Positions 58,311 to 64,000 of a DNA stretch of 64,000 bases are shown in pieces. This DNA comes from Methylotenera sp. Its GTDB lineage: Bacteria > Pseudomonadota > Gammaproteobacteria > Burkholderiales > Methylophilaceae. Under the pieces are notes generated by a model. It had not been told where the DNA came from. It made no database searches and saw nothing but the letters and a program-made list of their open reading frames with translations. The translations under genes were made by a program, and so were the position numbers. The DNA is taken from positions 3,308 through 67,307 of the forward strand of contig JABFSF010000143.1 in NCBI GenBank assembly GCA_013140755.1. Direction: 5' to 3'. Numbering within the stretch: the first letter of the stretch is position 1; each line of letters opens with the position of its first letter.

Positions 58311-59087
58311 TTATGCTCTTAATTTATAGCCTGATTTTAACATTTTTAAACACACCCATGCTAAAGCAAATAAAAATGTCACCACTACCGCTAAACTCAG
58401 CCACGGAGAAACATCGCCTTTGCCAAAAAAACCGTACCTAAAGCCATCTATCATATAAAAAAATGGGTTAAATTTTGATACCGTTTGCCAAAACATAGGC
58501 AATGAATGTATGGAGTAAAACACCCCTGATAAAAACGTGAGTGGCATAATCACAAAGTTTTGAAAAGCCGCCATTTGATCAAACTTATCAGCCCATATCC
58601 CCGCGATAATGCCAAAAGTGCCTAACAGTGCGCTACCTAAAATTGCAAAAGTAAGTATCCAACCCAAATGTGCGATGTGCAGGCTAACAAAAAACAAAGC
58701 CACCAAATAAATTGCTAAGCCCACAAATAAGCCGCGCACCATTGCCGCACCAAGCAAGGCGATATAAAACTGCAGATAACTCAGCGGCGTGAGCAAAATA
58801 AACACAATATTACCCATGACTTTAGATTGAATCAGGCTAGATGAGCTATTGGCAAACGCATTTTGCAAGAGCGACATCATAATAAGACCTGGGATTAAAA
58901 ATGCGGTGTATGGCACACTTTCATACACTTGCACTTTACCTTCTAGCACATGTGAAAATATCAGCAAATACAGCAAGGCTGTGAGTACAGGCGAAGCCAT
59001 GGTTTGAAAAGCTACACGCCAAAAACGCAAAATTTCTTTTTTAAAGAGTGTGTAAGTTCCACGATTGCTAGCGTTAATTAAGCTCAT
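58311..59087 (-). CDS. yadH: ABC-2 type permease (YadH-like)
   Basis: KEILRFWRV, PGLIMM, PLTFLSGVFYS, NPFFYMIDGFRYG. Confidence 0.88.
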   Translation of the reverse strand: MSLINASNRGTYTLFKKEILRFWRVAFQTMASPVLTALLYLLIFSHVLEGKVQVYESVPYTAFLIPGLIMMSLLQNAFANSSSSLIQSKVMGNIVFILLTPLSYLQFYIALLGAAMVRGLFVGLAIYLVALFFVSLHIAHLGWILTFAILGSALLGTFGIIAGIWADKFDQMAAFQNFVIMPLTFLSGVFYSIHSLPMFWQTVSKFNPFFYMIDGFRYGFFGKGDVSPWLSLAVVVTFLFALAWVCLKMLKSGYKLRA

Positions 59088-60004
59088 GCATGCGCCTCTT
59101 TTGCTTGCTTACCCACCAGCGACAAAAATACGTCTTCTAAATCTGGCTCTATCAACTGCATATCTTCAATGGCTACATTAGCTTTGCGTAACTCGCTTAA
59201 AGCAAACTCCATTTGGTTAAGCGCATTTAGAGTTAATAAATACACGCCATTTTCTCTACTTTTTAACATGCTTAATAGGGACGCAGGCAAAGCCACATCG
59301 CCCAAAGTGAGGCGTAAATTTTTCCCCGCAAATTTATTGAGTAAATTGGCAGTGCTATCTAGTGCCACAATTTCGCCTTGCTTCATCATTGCCACACGCG
59401 AGCAAAGCGTTTCCGCCTCTTCTAAATAATGGGTGGTGAGAATAATGGTGTGACCTTCGTGGTTAAGCTTTTTAATAAACTCCCACAGCATTTGACGCAA
59501 CTCTACATCCACACCTGCGGTTGGTTCATCTAGCACAATCACAGGAGGCTTATGCGCTAAAGCCTGCGCAATTAAAGCGCGACGCTTCATGCCGCCTGAA
59601 AGCTTGCGCATATTGGTGTGCGCTTTATCCGTTAAACCTAAACCTTCTAAAATCTCATCCACCCATGCATCATTTTCAGGCCCACGTCCAAAATAACCAG
59701 CCTGAAAGCGTAGCATTTCACGCACATTAAAAAAGGGGTCAAACACTAACTCTTGCGGCACCACACCCAGTGCCATACGAGCCGCCTGATAGTTAGCGAC
59801 CACATCATGCCCCATAATACTTGCAGACCCAGCACTAGGCTTGAGCAAACCAGCTAAAATATTGATGAGTGTGGATTTCCCCGCACCATTGGGACCCAAC
59901 AGACCAAAAAACTCACCTTGTGGAATCGTTAAATCAATACCTTTGAGCGCACACAAACCACCAAAATGTTTTTGAATCTGATTTATTTGAATGGCTGGGG
60001 TCAT
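59084..60004 (-). CDS. yadG: ABC transporter ATP-binding protein (YadG-like)
   Basis: GPNGAGKST, GVVPQE, LSGGMKRR, LDEPTAGVD. Confidence 0.88.
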   Translation of the reverse strand: MTPAIQINQIQKHFGGLCALKGIDLTIPQGEFFGLLGPNGAGKSTLINILAGLLKPSAGSASIMGHDVVANYQAARMALGVVPQELVFDPFFNVREMLRFQAGYFGRGPENDAWVDEILEGLGLTDKAHTNMRKLSGGMKRRALIAQALAHKPPVIVLDEPTAGVDVELRQMLWEFIKKLNHEGHTIILTTHYLEEAETLCSRVAMMKQGEIVALDSTANLLNKFAGKNLRLTLGDVALPASLLSMLKSRENGVYLLTLNALNQMEFALSELRKANVAIEDMQLIEPDLEDVFLSLVGKQAKEAHA

Positions 60005-60031
60005 TTGATTTTGGATGTCAATTCAAGAAAG

Positions 60032-60150
60032 TTGTCCACGAGACTCACAAAAAACACGCAAAATTTAAACAAAATAATCATCAACAATCTCTTAAAAGTT
60101 GAAGATTTTTTAGATTTTTATTTTGTGTTTTTTGTGAGTGTCGTGGACAA
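60032..60150. repeat. Long intergenic inverted repeat (MITE/REP-like hairpin element)
   Basis: TTGTCCACGAGACTCACAAAAAACAC (60032-60057) pairs with 60125-60150 at 25/26; inner AT-rich arms pair imperfectly. Confidence 0.7.
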
Positions 60151-60160
60151 AAAGTTTAAG

Positions 60161-60448
60161 TTATGCGCTTAATGGAATAAATTCCGCAACTCCATAAAGC
60201 ACGGCCAAGCTCGCCAAAGCTTCAGGCACATGTGTAAATGAAATGCGGGTATTTTGTGCAACCGCACGACGACGCCACTCCAACATCAAGCTTATCGCAG
60301 CTGTATCAACTTCTGTTACTGAATCAAGGTTAATCTGCAAATTTTGTGGCATTGCCAATGCATTGCTACTACTGAGAATCGTGTTGGCGTTATCCATAAG
60401 AATGTCACCTGCGACTAACCATTGATTTTCATTTGCTGTAATACTCAT
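60161..60448 (-). CDS. mlaB: STAS-domain protein MlaB
   Basis: LDSVTEVDTAAISLMLEWRR; position after mlaC. Confidence 0.9.
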   Translation of the reverse strand: MSITANENQWLVAGDILMDNANTILSSSNALAMPQNLQINLDSVTEVDTAAISLMLEWRRRAVAQNTRISFTHVPEALASLAVLYGVAEFIPLSA

Positions 60449-61065
60449 ACACCTGCGGCTTTGTTTTTTTCTGCAAGTTTTTTATTCAAGCTATCTAAGC
60501 CATTTGTACGAATTTCATTACTGAACTGGCTACGATAGTTAGTCACTAAACTCACGCTTTCAATCACAATATCATAAACTTTCCAACCATTTTCTGCTTT
60601 AACCAAGCTGTAATCAACCGCAATAGGCTGACCACCTGACTGCAATATTTGTGTTTTAACGCTCACATTTTTCGCTTCTGACTCGGCACGCGATGGCTTA
60701 TACTCAATCACTTGGTCTTTATATTTTCCTAGCGCGGTTGCATAAGTGCGCAACAACAAGCTACGAAACTCTTTTTGGAATATCGCTTGTTGCTCTGGCG
60801 TTGCAGACTTCCAATTTTTACCGAGCACCATTCTGCATACGCGGTCAAAATCAAAGTTGGGAAGAATTTTCTCTTCAGCCAATGCAAAGATTTTTTGTTG
60901 ATTACCTGCTTGTATCTCTTTATCACTCTTTATGGTGGCTAATACATCATCCGCTGTTTTCTTAACCAATTCATCTGCGGTGATTTCAGCAAAAGCAACA
61001 TTACAATTAACCAATAGCATTGCAATGAATGCTGTTTTGGTAAAAAAACTGAACAATGTTTTCAT
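60445..61065 (-). CDS. mlaC: Periplasmic phospholipid shuttle MlaC (Ttg2D)
   Basis: Signal peptide; FDFDRVCRMVLG; WKVYDIVIESVSLVTNYRSQF. Confidence 0.95.
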   Translation of the reverse strand: MKTLFSFFTKTAFIAMLLVNCNVAFAEITADELVKKTADDVLATIKSDKEIQAGNQQKIFALAEEKILPNFDFDRVCRMVLGKNWKSATPEQQAIFQKEFRSLLLRTYATALGKYKDQVIEYKPSRAESEAKNVSVKTQILQSGGQPIAVDYSLVKAENGWKVYDIVIESVSLVTNYRSQFSNEIRTNGLDSLNKKLAEKNKAAGV

Positions 61066-61108
61066 TTAAACCCTTTTAAATTGCCAATTAATCTAGATAA
61101 CCCCGCCT

Positions 61109-61645
61109 TTAAAACGGTACATCACCCAATTCAGTTGACTTGGCCGCAGGTGCTTCAGGCTTAAGTTCTGTGGGTTTATTATCGCTATTACTTTCTGAAG
61201 CTTTATTATACAAGAACTGGCTAATCATTTTTTCAAGCACCACTGCATCTTGTGTTTGCGTGATTTTATCACCATTTTTCAATAGCTCATCGTCACCACC
61301 CGCCTCGAGTCCAACGTACTGCTCACCTAACAACCCTGCAGTATAGATGTTTGCAAACGTATCTTTAGGAAAAGCATAACGTTGATCAATTTTAATTGAA
61401 ACAACAGCCTCATACTGTTTGGTATCAAAATCAATACGATCAACGCGACCCACTACAACACCCGCACTTTTCACTGGCGCACGTGGCTTTAAACCCCCAA
61501 TATTTTCAAAGTCAGCCGTCACAGTATAGGTTTCACCCAGCTTGCTTGCAGTTAAGTTTCCCACTTTTGTGGCTAAAGCAAAAAAGGCTGCCACACCTAA
61601 TGCAACCAACACGCCAACCCATAAATCTATTGTAGATCTATCCAT
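61109..61645 (-). CDS. mlaD: MCE-domain protein MlaD
   Basis: FENIGGLKPRAPVKSAGVVVGRV, TAGLLGEQY; ATG 61645 preferred over GTG 61651 on SD spacing. Confidence 0.95.
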   Translation of the reverse strand: MDRSTIDLWVGVLVALGVAAFFALATKVGNLTASKLGETYTVTADFENIGGLKPRAPVKSAGVVVGRVDRIDFDTKQYEAVVSIKIDQRYAFPKDTFANIYTAGLLGEQYVGLEAGGDDELLKNGDKITQTQDAVVLEKMISQFLYNKASESNSDNKPTELKPEAPAAKSTELGDVPF

Positions 61646-61666
61646 TTTCACACCCTAACCTAATGT

Positions 61667-62461
61667 TTACACCATCATAAATGACGTTAATATAAAATCT
61701 AACCCGAGTACAGAAAGCGCAGAAATAACCACTGTTCTTGTTGTGGCATGACTCACACCTTCTGCTGTTGGCGGCGCATCATAACCTTCAAACAATGCAA
61801 TCATGGTGCAAGCCACGCCAAATACAAGGCTTTTAATCAACATATTAGTCACATCAACAAACTCCACATTTGCTTGCATTTGCGACCAAAATGCACCTAC
61901 ATCCACCCCAATTTGTGCTACTGCCACCAAATGTCCGCCTAAAACACCTACCATTGAAAATAAACAGGCTAACAGAGGCATTGACAAGACTCCCGCCCAA
62001 AAACGCGGTGCAATCACGCGTGAGATTGGATTGACTGCCATCATTTCCATTGCAGAAAGCTGCTCAGTGGCTTTCATCAAGCCAATTTCTGCGGTCATTG
62101 CAGTGCCTGCACGTCCAGCAAATAGCAAGGCTGTGATTACAGGCCCTAACTCACGCACCAATGCTAAAGCCACTAGCACGCCAATCGATTCAGACGAACC
62201 ATATTTTTGTAAAGTGTTATAGCCTTGCAAAGCCAGCACCATCCCCACAAAAAATGCTGACACTAGAATAATGATGAGCGACATCACCCCTGTAAAATAC
62301 ATTTCACGCACAATTAAGCGTGGACGACGGAAACACTCAGTAGAATACGTGAGTGTTAAAAAGAACAATCGCGCACCTGCACCTAGACGCCAAATTTGAT
62401 CCCCCACACGGTGACCCACTTTACGTAAACCACGAATGATTTGACTCAGTATATTAGCCAC
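61667..62461 (-). CDS. mlaE: Lipid asymmetry ABC permease MlaE
   Basis: RELGPVITALLFAGRAG, EIGLMKATEQ, ATTRTVV. Confidence 0.96.
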   Translation of the reverse strand: MANILSQIIRGLRKVGHRVGDQIWRLGAGARLFFLTLTYSTECFRRPRLIVREMYFTGVMSLIIILVSAFFVGMVLALQGYNTLQKYGSSESIGVLVALALVRELGPVITALLFAGRAGTAMTAEIGLMKATEQLSAMEMMAVNPISRVIAPRFWAGVLSMPLLACLFSMVGVLGGHLVAVAQIGVDVGAFWSQMQANVEFVDVTNMLIKSLVFGVACTMIALFEGYDAPPTAEGVSHATTRTVVISALSVLGLDFILTSFMMV

Positions 62462-63254
62462 GCTGCATCAACTCCTGCTGATAATCTGGCGCAGTATAAT
62501 GAAATGGCACAGGACCATCTTTTTCACCATGCACAAACTGATGTACAAAAGGCAGCGTAGATTGTATTAAATCATGCGGCGATCCTTCAGCCGCAACTTC
62601 ACCATTGGCCACAAAATAAACATAATCGGCGATTTGAAAAGTTTCTTTCACATCATGTGACACGATAATTGAAGTAGCCCCTAGCGCATCATTCAGGCTA
62701 CGAATCAAATCACAAATCACGCCCATTGAAATTGGATCCAGCCCCGCAAAAGGCTCGTCATACATGATAATGCTCGGATCAAGGGCAATCGCACGCGCCA
62801 AAGCCACGCGTCGTGCCATGCCGCCAGATAGCTCAGGCGGCATTAAGGTATGCGCGCCTCGCAAGCCAACTGCATTAAGCTTCATCAATACTAAGTCTCG
62901 TATCATAGACTCAGGCAAGCCTGTCAGCTCGCGTATGGGGAAAGCCACGTTATCAAACACACTTAAATCGGTAAACAAAGCACCATGTTGAAACAACATG
63001 CCCATTTGGCGACGCAGTTTAAACATGCCATTACGATCTTGCTGATGCACCACCTCACCATTCACGCGCACTTCACCTTTAGTAGGCTTAATCTGCCCGC
63101 CAATCAATCGTAACAAGGTGGTTTTACCACTACCGCTGCCACCCATAATCGCCACCACTTTACCGCGTGGGAACACCATATTGATGCCTTTATGCAACAA
63201 TTTGTTTTTGTACCCAAATGATAGGTCATCTATTTCAACAATGTGAGAGGTCAT
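62454..63254 (-). CDS. mlaF: Lipid asymmetry ABC ATPase MlaF
   Basis: GGSGSGKTT, LFQHGALF, LSGGMARRVALARA, YDEPFAGLDP. Confidence 0.96.
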   Translation of the reverse strand: MTSHIVEIDDLSFGYKNKLLHKGINMVFPRGKVVAIMGGSGSGKTTLLRLIGGQIKPTKGEVRVNGEVVHQQDRNGMFKLRRQMGMLFQHGALFTDLSVFDNVAFPIRELTGLPESMIRDLVLMKLNAVGLRGAHTLMPPELSGGMARRVALARAIALDPSIIMYDEPFAGLDPISMGVICDLIRSLNDALGATSIIVSHDVKETFQIADYVYFVANGEVAAEGSPHDLIQSTLPFVHQFVHGEKDGPVPFHYTAPDYQQELMQRG

Positions 63255-63342
63255 GAATGTGGCGTATTTTTATTACTTTTATGTGAAAGGCTATTTTAAA
63301 ACAATTTGCTTGTGATGCAAGCTTTTAATGACCTGAAGCTGA

Positions 63343-63378
63343 CATTAAAAAAGCTCACCTCAGTGAGCTTTTTTAATG
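63343..63378. terminator. Intrinsic terminator after prepilin-like gene
   Basis: CATTAAAAAAGCTCAC-CTCA-GTGAGCTTTTTTAATG, perfect 16-bp arms. Confidence 0.85.
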
Positions 63379-63399
63379 CTTATTACGATAAAGTTTTTT

Positions 63400-64000
63400 T
63401 TAAAAGGCCAAACACACCGTGTAATTTGCGTTTTCTTCAGCTGGCTGAATATCACCATCCCAAGCATTGCCACCATCAACAAATGCACGTACTGATCCAG
63501 CATCGGTATCACCATCATCTAAGGTAATATCTAGTTGCTCGGCAAATCGACCTTGTATGGCGGCAGAGCACACAGTGAATGTGCCTGTCATCCCAGCAAT
63601 CGCAAACGAAGCCACGCTTTGAATGCCAATACGCCCACCTGCAGAATTCTGTGGGGCGTAATTCGGATCATCTGCGGCTGTAGGCCCTGGTGCAAAGCCC
63701 GCTAAACGCACATGTTGCCAAAATAAATAAGAGTCATCCGTTTGCGTAGCAGAGTTCCACGCACTGGCAATGACCCCATTACCATTAGTATCTGGAGCTA
63801 CTGGTGTTGCATTTGTACCCGCCACATGCGCATCTGCAGCACGATCATCCCCAGGAATTGCTCTAAAGCGATCTTGATAACCATACACATACACTTGTAT
63901 ATTTTTAAACTCTGTCGCTAAACTTTTTACACGTGCACTGTTAATGAGCTCCTGCCCCTTTAACACCCCACCCAAAAGCAAACCAATAATGACCAATACA
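63400..64000 (-). CDS. Prepilin-type (type IV pilin/pseudopilin-like) protein, 5' end outside window
   Basis: Frame is open at the window edge: ...VLVIIGLLLGGVLKGQELINSARVK... hydrophobic pilin helix; C-terminal Cys pair. Confidence 0.8.
   Translation of the reverse strand, partial: VLVIIGLLLGGVLKGQELINSARVKSLATEFKNIQVYVYGYQDRFRAIPGDDRAADAHVAGTNATPVAPDTNGNGVIASAWNSATQTDDSYLFWQHVRLAGFAPGPTAADDPNYAPQNSAGGRIGIQSVASFAIAGMTGTFTVCSAAIQGRFAEQLDITLDDGDTDAGSVRAFVDGGNAWDGDIQPAEENANYTVCLAF

Overview
Core-genome window from an AT-rich betaproteobacterial methylotroph. A Methylophilaceae/Methylotenera-like source is inferred from the 3-hexulose-6-phosphate synthase gene and the gene order. Left to right it holds: an unannotated 51-aa ribbon-helix-helix ORF; a U32-family rlhA-like gene; yjdM/phnA; groESL with a sigma32 promoter overlapping a CIRCE; mscS, mgtE and a glutaredoxin-like gene; the ~33-kb minus-strand ribosomal/RNAP supercluster (tRNA-Thr, tRNA-Tyr-Gly-Thr, tuf, tRNA-Trp, secE, nusG, rplKAJL, rpoBC, rpsLG, fusA, tuf, S10, spc and alpha operons); petABC-sspA-sspB; a Nif3-like gene and an HtrA protease; tatABC; the his operon split by hxlA; murA, grxD, bolA, yadGH and mlaFEDCB; and a truncated prepilin-like gene. 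No transposase, prophage, CRISPR array or rRNA was seen. The most notable observations are: (1) HPS carries a C-terminal MinD-like amphipathic helix suggesting membrane targeting of formaldehyde fixation; (2) sspA has a single in-frame TAA; (3) a GTAG-type REP doublet lies between hisG and hisD; (4) a ~120-bp inverted-repeat element lies between mlaB and yadG; (5) all three bc1 subunits show motif variants; (6) tRNA-Thr(GGT) has C55 in place of Psi55; (7) internal promoters and attenuators subdivide the ribosomal supercluster. All calls are from manual reading; no database searches were run.
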